Part shown: positions 39,460-48,565 of the stretch, piece after piece
Layout of the letters: each line of letters starts with the position of its first letter
How positions within the stretch are numbered: position 1 is the stretch's first letter
From: a virus
Taxonomy: Duplodnaviria; Caudoviricetes
IMG/VR virus record: IMGVR_UViG_3300030330_006573
Location: 115,986 to 179,985 of that record
Reading direction: 5' to 3' (one strand)
DNA length: 64,000 nt
The notes under the pieces: generated by a model
The model's database searches: none
What the model was told of the DNA's origin: nothing
What the model saw: only the letters and a program-made list of their open reading frames with translations
Translations under genes and position numbers: made by a program

Positions 39460-41068
39460 AGAATTTGATAATTTCCTTGGACTCTACCAAGATGATTTGG
39501 TAAAGATTATAGGCAAGTACAGGGGCAAGAGTCACCCGCTAGACTCAGATGAGCTTTTGTCTGAGGTTAATTTATATTTAATAAAAAATAAATATAAAAT
39601 AATTGAGTATATAGATTCAACAAAAGGAATAGCAAATTTTGATTACAACTCCTTTAAGCATACTGCTTTTGTATATTGTAGAAATTTAATAAAGTGGACT
39701 TATTTGACACTAACATCTAAAGATAATAAGGCTGGCAAATGGTACTCTCAAAGAATTGATAAAGTATACCATACAGAAGATGGCGAAAAAACTTCTTTAG
39801 ATATCGCATTAGAAACTAATGGGGTTGAGTCTGAAGTTGATGACATTAAAATTGGAGACAAATATAAATATATTTTAGATGAAATCAAATCAAAACTAAC
39901 TAATGCTGAGTTAAATATTTTTATAGGTCTTCAAGAAGGAAAAATGCAAAAAGATATAGCTGAAGAAGCTGGTGTTACAAGACAAGCTATAGATTTGACT
40001 TATCAAAAAATAATTAAAAAAGTAAAATCTATTGGAGCATTAAAAGATGGTATATCTAGCAAAGTTTTAAATGATGATCTTTATGATAAGGTTTCCGAAG
40101 GTCAGAATGCAATAGAAGATTTTTTTGATCATGGTGAACATGTGTATTTTAGCGACTCAAATAAAAATGAATTATTGGATATTTTATTAAAAAATCCAGG
40201 TAAATTCACAGGAGAATATATTAGTAAAAATTTCTTTGATGGAAAGTTTTCAGAATTTCAAATAATTAATCAAGCAAGACATCTTACCTCACCATCAGGG
40301 CTAGGCATTTTCTTGAAAAGAAAAAAACAAAAATACAAAAAAGCATTTACTGATGAGCAGGAGCTTGAAATTATAAAATTAACAAAAAAAGGTCTTTCTT
40401 CAAAAGAAATAGCAAACAAATTCGGTGTTTTTATTAACTCGATTAATGCAAAACAAACCCACTTTTACAAAACTGGTAGGATTCTAGAAACATCCAACAT
40501 GAGAGCTAAGAGGTTGAGGCTTTTGAAGAGAGTTTTTAAAAGTAAACTTTTTGATTATAGAAGAGAAAAAATTGATGTTACTGACGACCAAAAAAGGAAA
40601 ATAATAGACTTTTTTAACATTGGAGCTGAAATTGTCAAATTGAATAGTAAAGATAAAAGCAAAAAAGAAATAAAGCAAATTTTATTAAAAAAATTTAAAT
40701 TTAAAGACTCTTCTGTTTTTATAAATCCAGATGAACTGAATCTAGTTATAGACAAGTTTATTAATTATGATTTCATGCCGTATCTTGTTAATAGATTAAA
40801 AATTCCACATAATGTCATACATGGTTATAGATGCCACTTTGTTTCCAAAGGATTAATTACTAAGTTTGAAAGACCCAAGGTTAAAAGTTATAAAAGGTAT
40901 GAATATTCCTACATCTTAAAAGCATTAAGGAATGGTTACAAATATAAGGAAATAGCTAATCATATTGATTTAGATATAAAATCTGTTAGGTCTATTTTAA
41001 TTCATTCTGTTAGAAAAAAAACTATTACAAGAAAAATGTATTTTGATTTTTTTAATAACGATGAATAA
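39419..41068 (+). CDS. sigma70-like factor with C-terminal multi-HTH extension
   Basis: Paralog of 37697 (DELLSEVNL, DGEKTS, GKMQKDIAEEAGVTRQAI); further HTHs GLSSKEIANKFG and GYKYKEIANHID. Confidence 0.8.
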   Translation: MNIQQSTVDPKILEEFDNFLGLYQDDLVKIIGKYRGKSHPLDSDELLSEVNLYLIKNKYKIIEYIDSTKGIANFDYNSFKHTAFVYCRNLIKWTYLTLTSKDNKAGKWYSQRIDKVYHTEDGEKTSLDIALETNGVESEVDDIKIGDKYKYILDEIKSKLTNAELNIFIGLQEGKMQKDIAEEAGVTRQAIDLTYQKIIKKVKSIGALKDGISSKVLNDDLYDKVSEGQNAIEDFFDHGEHVYFSDSNKNELLDILLKNPGKFTGEYISKNFFDGKFSEFQIINQARHLTSPSGLGIFLKRKKQKYKKAFTDEQELEIIKLTKKGLSSKEIANKFGVFINSINAKQTHFYKTGRILETSNMRAKRLRLLKRVFKSKLFDYRREKIDVTDDQKRKIIDFFNIGAEIVKLNSKDKSKKEIKQILLKKFKFKDSSVFINPDELNLVIDKFINYDFMPYLVNRLKIPHNVIHGYRCHFVSKGLITKFERPKVKSYKRYEYSYILKALRNGYKYKEIANHIDLDIKSVRSILIHSVRKKTITRKMYFDFFNNDE

Positions 41069-41093
41069 TTGGGTTGATTTTTTCTTTAAAATA

Positions 41094-41108
41094 GTGTAAT
41101 CTATATTT
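41094..41108 (+). promoter_or_regulatory. GTGTAA motif upstream of the tmRNA
   Basis: AGTGTAATCTATATTT, same motif as at 9426, 13360, 32594 and 44462. Confidence 0.55.
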
Positions 41109-41124
41109 AGATCTTTGAAATTAT

Positions 41125-41488
41125 GGGGATGTACAGGATTCGACTAAGATTGGATTCTTATACTGCAAGTCGGAGATGCACTCGGCTTCGATAAAAAAGT
41201 GCAAATCGTTACATGGCAACAAGTCACGTATCAAAGCTTACTCGCCTCAAAGCGAGTCGCTTGCTTTAGCAGCGTAAATCTGCTACCTCTTACCTTTTGA
41301 CGCAGATATAAAGGATAAGGGGTCATTCATCTGCAAAACAGAAAAGGTTTACCTGTTAATAAACTGCAAATAATTGTAACAGGGAGTTGGATGTCAATAT
41401 CATAACTTGAAAAAAAATTGACTAAACTTGTAGAAGTATATGCTTGAAGATTTTTAGGACGCGGGTTCAATTCCCGCCATCTCCACCA
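41125..41488 (+). ncRNA. ssrA: tmRNA; predicted tag (A)GNKSRIKAYSPQSESLALAA at 41215-41277
   Basis: 5' GGGGATG..GGATTCGAC pairs with 3' CATCTCC-ACCA (G3:U pair); T-arm GCGGGTTCAATTCCCGC; tag ORF ends LALAA-stop. Confidence 0.95.
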
Positions 41489-41527
41489 TTTTACTTGACT
41501 TTTAATTAATTTTTGTTATATTTATAC

Positions 41528-41719
41528 ATGAAATTATCTGCAGAGCAGGAAAGATTTTTTATGAAGTGCATAGAAGAAATGCATGAACTATCACTAGAGC
41601 TTATTCATGCCGTTAACAAGCCTAATAAAGACAATTTAAAAGAAATACGTGAAGAAATAAAAGATGTGGAGAAATATTTAAATTTAATAAAAAAAGAATT
41701 TGGTAGTCAAAATGATTGA
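41528..41719 (+). CDS. MazG-like small NTP-pyrophosphatase domain (start probably 41528)
   Basis: IEEMHEL...IREEIKDV; promoter TTGACT-16-TATATT upstream. Confidence 0.55.
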   Translation: MKLSAEQERFFMKCIEEMHELSLELIHAVNKPNKDNLKEIREEIKDVEKYLNLIKKEFGSQND

Positions 41720-41945
41720 ATATAGAATAAAATATAACATTGGAAAAGACCATGCAGAAGTTGATAACTATCATTACTACATGGCTGATGGAGCTATACA
41801 AGCATTAATTTTTCATTACAAAATGATGAAAAAGAAAAACTTAGATATGCAGACTATTAGTGTCGAAAAGTATTGTAAATATTCAGATAAATGGATTGAT
41901 GAAAGTGAAGTTTTACAAAAAAATATTTCACTCGAAAACATTTAA
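41712..41945 (+). CDS. Hypothetical protein
   Basis: ORF overlapping the previous stop. Confidence 0.6.
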   Translation: MIEYRIKYNIGKDHAEVDNYHYYMADGAIQALIFHYKMMKKKNLDMQTISVEKYCKYSDKWIDESEVLQKNISLENI

Positions 41946-41976
41946 TTTGTAAAATATTATTTTATAATACTATAGA

Positions 41977-42480
41977 TTGAATTTATATAACATAGCTAAG
42001 CACCCTAGTTCCCCAAACAGGGTTTACGGAGTTATTGAAATTCCAAAAGATACAAATGTCAAATATGAGTATCGCCCTGATTTAGAATCTTTTATTTATG
42101 ATAGAAGTCTAATTAGTGCTATGGTTTATCCAGCGAGTTATGGGTTTATACCTAGCACAAAAGCAGAGGACGGAGATGCTTTAGATTTATTGGTCTACAA
42201 TAATGCACCTATTGAAAGAGGTACTATCGTGGAGTGCCGTGTCATAGGTGTTTTAGATATGGAAGATGATGGAGAAAAAGATTGGAAAATATTAGGCACT
42301 CCAGTATCCCATGTTCGGCAATACAAAAATCTATCTGACATTGATCCTCAGTTCTTAAAAATATGTCAAAACTTCTTTTCTCATTACAAAGATTTAAATA
42401 ATAAATTAGTTGAAGTTAAAGATTGGCACGAGGCAGATTTTGCTAGAAAAATAGTTGAAGCAAATTATAATAAATTTTAA
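41977..42480 (+). CDS. ppa: Family I inorganic pyrophosphatase
   Basis: IEIP..KYEY, DR, YP..YGFIP.T..EDGDALD, DDGEKDWKI, FF.HYK.L. Confidence 0.95.
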   Translation: MNLYNIAKHPSSPNRVYGVIEIPKDTNVKYEYRPDLESFIYDRSLISAMVYPASYGFIPSTKAEDGDALDLLVYNNAPIERGTIVECRVIGVLDMEDDGEKDWKILGTPVSHVRQYKNLSDIDPQFLKICQNFFSHYKDLNNKLVEVKDWHEADFARKIVEANYNKF

Positions 42481-42481
42481 A

Positions 42482-42799
42482 ATGATTGACAAAGAATACT
42501 ATAGTTTTTATTTAACAAAACATCAAAATCCTAAATGTAGATTATTGCATTTTATAGGTCAGCTTTTTACACTTGCATTTGCTTTTTATGTTTTTTATGC
42601 ATGGCATTGGTATTTGATTCCTCTGATCCCATTTGTCGTTTATCCTTTTGCCTGGTCAGGGCATCGTATTTTTGAAAAAAACAAACCTCTGGCATTAGAA
42701 GGGGTAAAAGATGGAGGCAAGACCACACTAAAAGCTAAAGCTTGTGACTGGTTAATGTTTTTTGATATATTAAGAGGAAAACTCTCTATTTGGAAATGA
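42482..42799 (+). CDS. DUF962/Mpo1-like membrane protein
   Basis: YL.KHQNP.CR.LHFIG...YPFAW.GH.IFEKNKP. Confidence 0.8.
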   Translation: MIDKEYYSFYLTKHQNPKCRLLHFIGQLFTLAFAFYVFYAWHWYLIPLIPFVVYPFAWSGHRIFEKNKPLALEGVKDGGKTTLKAKACDWLMFFDILRGKLSIWK

Positions 42800-42895
42800 A
42801 AGGAGACGAAAAATAATGGATGCTGTAATTGTTATTGTATTATTATCTGTATTATATTTTTTCTGTGCTAGAGAAGCATATAAGTGGAATAAGTA

Positions 42896-43264
42896 ATGGA
42901 ACACAATCATTTACTTGTTAATGCGACTTTTGAAAAAACTCCTTTTTCAAATACTGAATTCACAAAAGAATGGATTAGTGATTTAGTAGAAAAAATAGAT
43001 ATGCGAATTTTATATGCGCCTAGAGCAGTAAGGTGCGACAAAAATGGAAACGAAGGAGTTAGTGCTTTTTGCTTAATAACTACTAGTCATATTAGCTTGC
43101 ACTCCTGGGAGAAAACCAATCCAAACTTAGTTCAACTAGATGTGTATAGTTGTAAATTTTTTGACAAAGATTTAGTTCTTAATTTAATAAAAGATTTTTC
43201 TCCTTCATCTCTATCTTTTAAGTTTTTGGACAGATCAAATTTTGACAATGAATATACACTTTAG
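42896..43264 (+). CDS. speD: S-adenosylmethionine decarboxylase proenzyme-like
   Basis: GVSAFCLITTSHISLHSW..VQLDVYSCK.F. Confidence 0.8.
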   Translation: MEHNHLLVNATFEKTPFSNTEFTKEWISDLVEKIDMRILYAPRAVRCDKNGNEGVSAFCLITTSHISLHSWEKTNPNLVQLDVYSCKFFDKDLVLNLIKDFSPSSLSFKFLDRSNFDNEYTL

Positions 43265-44009
43265 GCATTATAGCGGAGCTATTAAAGAGTATGATTATTT
43301 ATTTTTTGAATGCATTGCAGAAGTATCATTAGATGAAGAAAATGATGCTCTTGAAAAAGGTTGGCTTCCTGATGATTATATAGATTACCCGACAAATAAA
43401 TCTAAGTCAGACTGGTATCAAGCTAGGCAAACAAGAATTAATCTGATTGATTTTTCAGAAACTAGAAGCACTAAAAAATGCAGAAAAAAATGTAAGGATA
43501 TAGTTGTTAAACCCGTTAAAGCAAAAGACATAGATATAGACATTGCAAAATGTATATTTGAGAAATATACAAAATATAGAGGTTTTAAACCTTGGAAAGT
43601 AGAGCCTTTATTAGTTACTGAAATTGATAGGAAATACTTTTTATTATATTATCTAGACGACAAGCCAATAGCCTTTACATTTCTTAGGGATGTTGGTAGT
43701 AATGGAATTTTTTCTACTCAATTTGCTTGGGATTATCAAAATCCCAAACTATATCTTGGCAAATATGCAAACCTTGCAGAGATAGATTATTGCATATCTA
43801 GAAATAAGAAATATTTATATTTAGGTGTTGGCTATGAAGAATGTTGCATTTATAAATCAGACTACAAAGGTTTTGAATTTTGGACGGGAGAAAAATGGTC
43901 TAGAGATATTGAGCATTACAAATGGCTATGCGAAAGAGATTCAAAAATAAAAAAGATTACTGATTTAGATAAAGTAAAAAAGTATGATGATGAACATTTT
44001 TTTGAATGA
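43248..44009 (+). CDS. Aminoacyl-tRNA-protein transferase-like (ATE/Bpt family)
   Basis: ALEKGW, RINL..F, F.KY..YR, WDY..PKL.LGKY..L.EI, YLYLG..Y..C..YK..Y. Confidence 0.72.
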   Translation: MNIHFRHYSGAIKEYDYLFFECIAEVSLDEENDALEKGWLPDDYIDYPTNKSKSDWYQARQTRINLIDFSETRSTKKCRKKCKDIVVKPVKAKDIDIDIAKCIFEKYTKYRGFKPWKVEPLLVTEIDRKYFLLYYLDDKPIAFTFLRDVGSNGIFSTQFAWDYQNPKLYLGKYANLAEIDYCISRNKKYLYLGVGYEECCIYKSDYKGFEFWTGEKWSRDIEHYKWLCERDSKIKKITDLDKVKKYDDEHFFE

Positions 44010-44455
44010 TTAAAGATTACATAGATTATGTCTCCCTAAAAAGAAAAGAATTAGGAGGTCATTCAATTTGCCCTTTCGCCAAACCCCTTCTTGATAAGAT
44101 TGAAATAATAGAATCTAATGATTTTTTTACTGATGCAATAAAATGTATTAATAATCAGACACATCCAGTGCTTTATCTTATATATGGAGACAAAAACAAA
44201 TATAACATCCAATGGCTCAAAAATTTTTGCGACTCTCATAAAAAATATGCAAGAGATAAAGATATTTGGCTCATTTGGGATCATCCCAATCAAATAAATA
44301 AAATAAATGGAATCAAAACTAGTAACGATAAATATGCAATACTATTTATACAACCCCTTTCTGAAATAAAAAAATACTCAAATTCTTTGCATAAAACAAA
44401 CTATTATAATTTTTGGAGTCAAGATTATTATTATGATGTTGTTAAAAATAGATAA
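44006..44455 (+). CDS. Hypothetical protein (DUF1415-like CPFA motif)
   Basis: ICPFAK, DHP, L.KTNYY..W. Confidence 0.6.
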   Translation: MIKDYIDYVSLKRKELGGHSICPFAKPLLDKIEIIESNDFFTDAIKCINNQTHPVLYLIYGDKNKYNIQWLKNFCDSHKKYARDKDIWLIWDHPNQINKINGIKTSNDKYAILFIQPLSEIKKYSNSLHKTNYYNFWSQDYYYDVVKNR

Positions 44456-44476
44456 ATATATGTGTAATTTTATAAA

Positions 44477-45187
44477 ATGAATTATAATATGGAATTAGAT
44501 TTTAGCAATCAAATCAAAGCGAAGCATCTAGATGCCTTGACATATACTGAAACTCCTAATGTTTTCCTCAAGACTGCTAATAGCAATTTTAAGCATATGG
44601 ATATAAATGTTAATGCTTTATTGAATATATACCCACCAAAAAATTCAAGCTTAGAAACTAAAAAAGAACTTTCGCAAATAAAGAATTTTATGGAATCTAA
44701 TCATTCTAAAGAGTTTAAATCTAGTTTAAAAAAAATGGATGAAGATCCAGCCTTATTTGTAATAGATCATTATAAGAGCATGAGTGGAAGAAATATTCCA
44801 TCAGAAGCTTTAAAATTTATATCAGGTGGAGATGTTGAAGTTCTAGCTATGAAGTTAAAAATGCACTATAATAGACCAAGACCATATCAAATAGCAGAAC
44901 ATTATGGAATAAAATTAAATTATAATAAATCAATTCAAAAAGGCGCTGCCGATCATCCCTCATATCCTAGTGGTCATACTCTATCTGCATTTTTTACAGC
45001 TAAAGTTTTAGGTTTTATTGATCGTGAATTTTCAGTTCAATTAAATCAAAAAGCTCAAATGGTTGCAGATTCAAGAATAATGGAGGGTGTTCACTTTAAA
45101 AGTGATAATGATTTTTCTATATTTTTAGTTGATAAAGTCTTAATGCCAGCATTTTTAAAGGCTTATGACGGAAAAAGAAATACTTAA
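44477..45187 (+). CDS. PAP2/haloperoxidase-superfamily phosphatase
   Basis: K.HYNRPRP, PSYPSGH, SRIMEGVHFKSD; GTGTAA 9 nt upstream. Confidence 0.88.
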   Translation: MNYNMELDFSNQIKAKHLDALTYTETPNVFLKTANSNFKHMDINVNALLNIYPPKNSSLETKKELSQIKNFMESNHSKEFKSSLKKMDEDPALFVIDHYKSMSGRNIPSEALKFISGGDVEVLAMKLKMHYNRPRPYQIAEHYGIKLNYNKSIQKGAADHPSYPSGHTLSAFFTAKVLGFIDREFSVQLNQKAQMVADSRIMEGVHFKSDNDFSIFLVDKVLMPAFLKAYDGKRNT

Positions 45188-45584
45188 TTTTTTACCCTTT
45201 ACTTATTGTAGGTTAAAAATTTCTAAAATACATGGCATTGGAGTTCATGCTATTGTAAATATAAAAGCGGGTACTAACCTTTTCCCAGATTGTAGCGAAG
45301 ACTTAAATCAAATGATAGAAATAAAGAAATCCGATGTTTCTCATCTCAATGCAAATATAAAAAAAATGATGAGTGATTTTTTTATAGATAATGAAACTTC
45401 TTATTTTACATCAAGATCATTAAATAAAATAGATATATCTTATTTCCTAAATCATTCTCTCGATCCTAACTGCAAATGGTTTGAAGATGATGATTCCTTT
45501 AGACCAATCAAAGATATAGATAAAGATGAAGAGCTAACCATAAACTATGATAAATATCTTGATAGCGATTTAGTAAATAAATAA
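45165..45584 (+). CDS. SET-domain methyltransferase
   Basis: SKIHGIGVHA..I.AG, FLNHSLDPN, IKDIDKDEELTINY. Confidence 0.9.
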   Translation: MTEKEILNFLPFTYCRLKISKIHGIGVHAIVNIKAGTNLFPDCSEDLNQMIEIKKSDVSHLNANIKKMMSDFFIDNETSYFTSRSLNKIDISYFLNHSLDPNCKWFEDDDSFRPIKDIDKDEELTINYDKYLDSDLVNK

Positions 45585-45729
45585 AAATGAAATATATTAC
45601 CGACAAATATGTTGTTTACAGAGGAAAGCTACTATCACAAGAGGGGTGCAAAAAGTTTTTTAAATTCGTCACTTTACCCGAATTAAAAATTTTCAAGACC
45701 TTGGGATTTATTCTTACTATTATATTTTA

Positions 45730-46122
45730 GTGAAAAAAGAGTTGCCCGATAGTTATGTTCCAAATGCTTATGCTTTACCTTATGGAAGTAATTTATCTGC
45801 TCCTGTAATTAAACCCGACCATAGTCTTGGGGGGTGGAAAGTTGGAGCAGTTCATTCAGCAAATAAACATTACGAAGAGAGATTTAATAAATTAAAAAAA
45901 GAATTGCAAGAGTTAGCTGACGATGTAAAGTGGAATGAAATAATATTCAATGCAGAAATGAGAATGAAACCTGTTATTGGAAATATATATCATCTATACC
46001 AAAAAGATAGCGGAAAATATTTCATGAGCTTATTTGCTCCAAACGAATGCTCTTGGGGAGAGAAGCACAAGGGCAGTTTTAGATTAAATTATGATAATAG
46101 GTGGGAAATAATTAAGTTTTGA
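45730..46122 (+). CDS. DUF2452-like protein
   Basis: LPYGS..SAP.I, KPVIG.IYHLY, SL..P.E.W, F.L.YD.RW. Confidence 0.65.
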   Translation: MKKELPDSYVPNAYALPYGSNLSAPVIKPDHSLGGWKVGAVHSANKHYEERFNKLKKELQELADDVKWNEIIFNAEMRMKPVIGNIYHLYQKDSGKYFMSLFAPNECSWGEKHKGSFRLNYDNRWEIIKF

Positions 46123-46160
46123 CTTGAGTATTTTACCTAAGTGTGTTATCTTATTTCGAC

Positions 46161-46379
46161 ATGAATAAGAAACAACAAAAAAAATTGATGCTATTAGCCA
46201 TCACTAAAGCCCTAGAGGCGGAAATGGGGGAACAGGTTGACCCTATGTCGCCCGAAGAAATTTCCGAAAAGACGGGAATAAATATTGAAGAAATAAAGGA
46301 CTTAGAATCAACAGCTTTAAATAAATTAAAAGAAGCAGGAATTACAAAAGAAGACTTAATTACAATAAATAAAATATAA
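46161..46379 (+). CDS. Stand-alone sigma70 region-4-like HTH protein (start probably 46161)
   Basis: PMSPEEISEKTGINIEEIKDLESTALNKLK. Confidence 0.6.
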   Translation: MNKKQQKKLMLLAITKALEAEMGEQVDPMSPEEISEKTGINIEEIKDLESTALNKLKEAGITKEDLITINKI

Positions 46380-46382
46380 ATT

Positions 46383-46655
46383 ATGAGTGAAGAAAATAAA
46401 AATCAAAATTCAGATTGGAGAAATAGAGAAATCGGTGCATTGTGGAAGAAAGACGGCAAATCCCAAAAATTCTACTCTGGATTTATTAAATTAAACAAAG
46501 GTACTCCCGAAGAGACAGAAGAGTCTGTCGTTATCTTCGTAAATAAATTCAAAGAAAAGTCTGCGGATAATGCCCCCGACTTGATTATCTACAAAAGCGA
46601 GAAGGCTAAAAGTCTTACAAATCATGATGACATTCCCGATAGTTTCATCTCTTGA
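46383..46655 (+). CDS. DUF736-like small protein, possibly ssDNA-binding
   Basis: EIGALWKK..FYSG.I...F.NK.K....PD..IY. Confidence 0.55.
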   Translation: MSEENKNQNSDWRNREIGALWKKDGKSQKFYSGFIKLNKGTPEETEESVVIFVNKFKEKSADNAPDLIIYKSEKAKSLTNHDDIPDSFIS

Positions 46656-46688
46656 TTTTTTAAAAATAATAAAAAATTAAAAAAAAGC

Positions 46689-46724
46689 TTGACTGCAAGC
46701 ATTTTTTGTGAGATATTGCTTGCA
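46689..46724 (+). promoter_or_regulatory. Leaderless sigma70 promoter overlapped by an 8-bp inverted repeat
   Basis: TTGACT-17-GATATT-6-ATG; TGCAAGCA(46694)-15-TGCTTGCA(46717). Confidence 0.7.
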
Positions 46725-46996
46725 TGAAAACAAAAAAGACAACAAGAAATAAAGACGGCACTCCAAGAAAAGTTGGTAGCGGAAGAAAGAAAGGCTCTAA
46801 CTCTTTTGTAAAAGTTCCGTTCTCTGAATTAAAAGATTATATAGGAGAGAAAACTCCTATTGTAGTTAGTAGGGTTTGGTTAGAGAGCTTGGGTATACAT
46901 AGCTCTAAAGAAGACTATTCTGTAAAATTATCCTTGACAGAAGAGGAAGAGTCTAGTAAGATCCCCTACACATTAACAACTTTTGAGGAGGAGTAA
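46724..46996 (+). CDS. Small basic protein with AT-hook-like N-terminus
   Basis: KDGTPRKVGSGRKKGSNSF. Confidence 0.7.
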   Translation: MKTKKTTRNKDGTPRKVGSGRKKGSNSFVKVPFSELKDYIGEKTPIVVSRVWLESLGIHSSKEDYSVKLSLTEEEESSKIPYTLTTFEEE

Positions 46997-46998
46997 TA

Positions 46999-47925
46999 AT
47001 GAGCATTGATCCATTTAAAGGTCTAGTCGGACAAAAAAATGTAAAGAAAAAGCTGAAGTTTTATCTTAAAGCTTTTAATAAAACAAGAGTGTCGCCTTTC
47101 CTTGGCTTCTTTGGAGCCAAAGGACTCGGCAAAACTGCTTTCGCACAAAAGTTTGCAAATAATCTCAAGAATCAAAATGGAAGTCAAAGAGTTTTATTGG
47201 AGTTGAATTGCTCTGCCATCAAAAACAACGATGATTTCTTTGATCAAATATTTATTCCATTAATTCTAGACAATGAGATCACAATTCTATTTGATGAAGC
47301 TCATGAGTTACCAAGAGATTTAACTATGGCTCTCTTGACGATTCTTGATACAAGCGATTCTCATGTTAGAGAATTTCATTGGAAAGAAACTAGGTATCCA
47401 TTTGACTTCAAGAAACAAACTTTTATGTTTGCCACTACCGAAAGTGATAAGCTTTTTCCACCTCTTAAAGATAGATTGACATCTATTGATTTTGATTCTT
47501 ATTCAGAAAAAGAGTTGGGCGAAATATTATCCTTATCTTTAGATTGTGATGTTTGTCCTAATGTTCTATCTAAGTTAAGTTCTGTTGTTAGAGGTAATGC
47601 TAGAAATGCAAAGATGAGAGCAAAAGATATTAATTTATACTCAGCATCAGAAAACATTGATTTATTTGATACGAAACATTATAATAAGTTCTGCGAAACT
47701 CTAGGCATACTACCTTTTGGGATAACTTGTACAGAAAAACAGATTATTCAAGTGCTTTCTGATTGCGGCGCTTGCACATTGTCAATGCTTGGAGCAAAGA
47801 CAGGTCTAAGCACAACCGCTCTCAGAAGTGATCATGAAAAATATCTTTTAAAACAAAACCTAATGGAAATCGATACAAAAAGGAAACTTACATTCAAAGG
47901 TCAGAAACTCGCAAAGAAAATATAA
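46999..47925 (+). CDS. ruvB: Holliday junction branch-migration ATPase
   Basis: VGQ..VK.KL, GAKGLGKT, LFDEAH, ATT....PL.DR, Y...EL, RG.AR, C-terminal wHTH (EKYLL). Confidence 0.88.
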   Translation: MSIDPFKGLVGQKNVKKKLKFYLKAFNKTRVSPFLGFFGAKGLGKTAFAQKFANNLKNQNGSQRVLLELNCSAIKNNDDFFDQIFIPLILDNEITILFDEAHELPRDLTMALLTILDTSDSHVREFHWKETRYPFDFKKQTFMFATTESDKLFPPLKDRLTSIDFDSYSEKELGEILSLSLDCDVCPNVLSKLSSVVRGNARNAKMRAKDINLYSASENIDLFDTKHYNKFCETLGILPFGITCTEKQIIQVLSDCGACTLSMLGAKTGLSTTALRSDHEKYLLKQNLMEIDTKRKLTFKGQKLAKKI

Positions 47926-47953
47926 ATAATAATCCATAAAATCAAAAAATAAT

Positions 47954-48370
47954 ATGTCAGAAGATCAAAATTTAAATAATGGGGAAGTAATCGCATTTAT
48001 AACTTGCGATGATGTTTATGTTGATCCCGCAACAGGAAAACATAGTTTGCTTGGGATTTTTACTAATCTTAGAGGCAGAAACTTTCCTGTTCGTCATCCT
48101 AAAATGATATGGTATGTATCTTTGGGCGAAGTTCCTCAAGGCACTCATAACTTTAAAATTTACTTCGGAGTAATTCCTAGCGAAGAGCCTCCAGAATTAA
48201 TCATTGATAAAGAAATTACCTCAGAGGGCGCTCATAAAAAAATCAATATGATTAATGAAATAAAAGATTTAGTAATTGAAGAGTCAAATAGTTATTCAAT
48301 AATAATAGAAGTTGATGAAGATGTGCTTTTTGTCGATACTTTTGATGTACAACAAGTTGATGATGAATAA
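47954..48370 (+). CDS. DUF6941-like beta-sandwich protein
   Basis: CDDV..D..TGK.SLLGIF.....FP. Confidence 0.65.
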   Translation: MSEDQNLNNGEVIAFITCDDVYVDPATGKHSLLGIFTNLRGRNFPVRHPKMIWYVSLGEVPQGTHNFKIYFGVIPSEEPPELIIDKEITSEGAHKKINMINEIKDLVIEESNSYSIIIEVDEDVLFVDTFDVQQVDDE

Positions 48371-48565
48371 ATTATATAAAAATTGGTTTGTGCATAATGT
48401 CTTTGGACATTCAATCTCTGAATTATTTTATTGGGCTTTATTGCCATTCAATTCCCTACTTGCACACAGAGCATCTGTTTGGTTTCACGATGTAACTTGT
48501 CCAAAAAAATCTGACAATCGCAAATACTTACGTTCTTACGAAGGAAAAACTTTTTATAAAAAATA

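Noticed and set aside
33918-41125. Guide RNA for the sigma/HNH modules, as in RNA-guided sigma or OMEGA systems
   Set aside because: The genes abut with no room for an ncRNA, no RuvC-like protein is visible, and the only nearby RNA is a canonical tmRNA.
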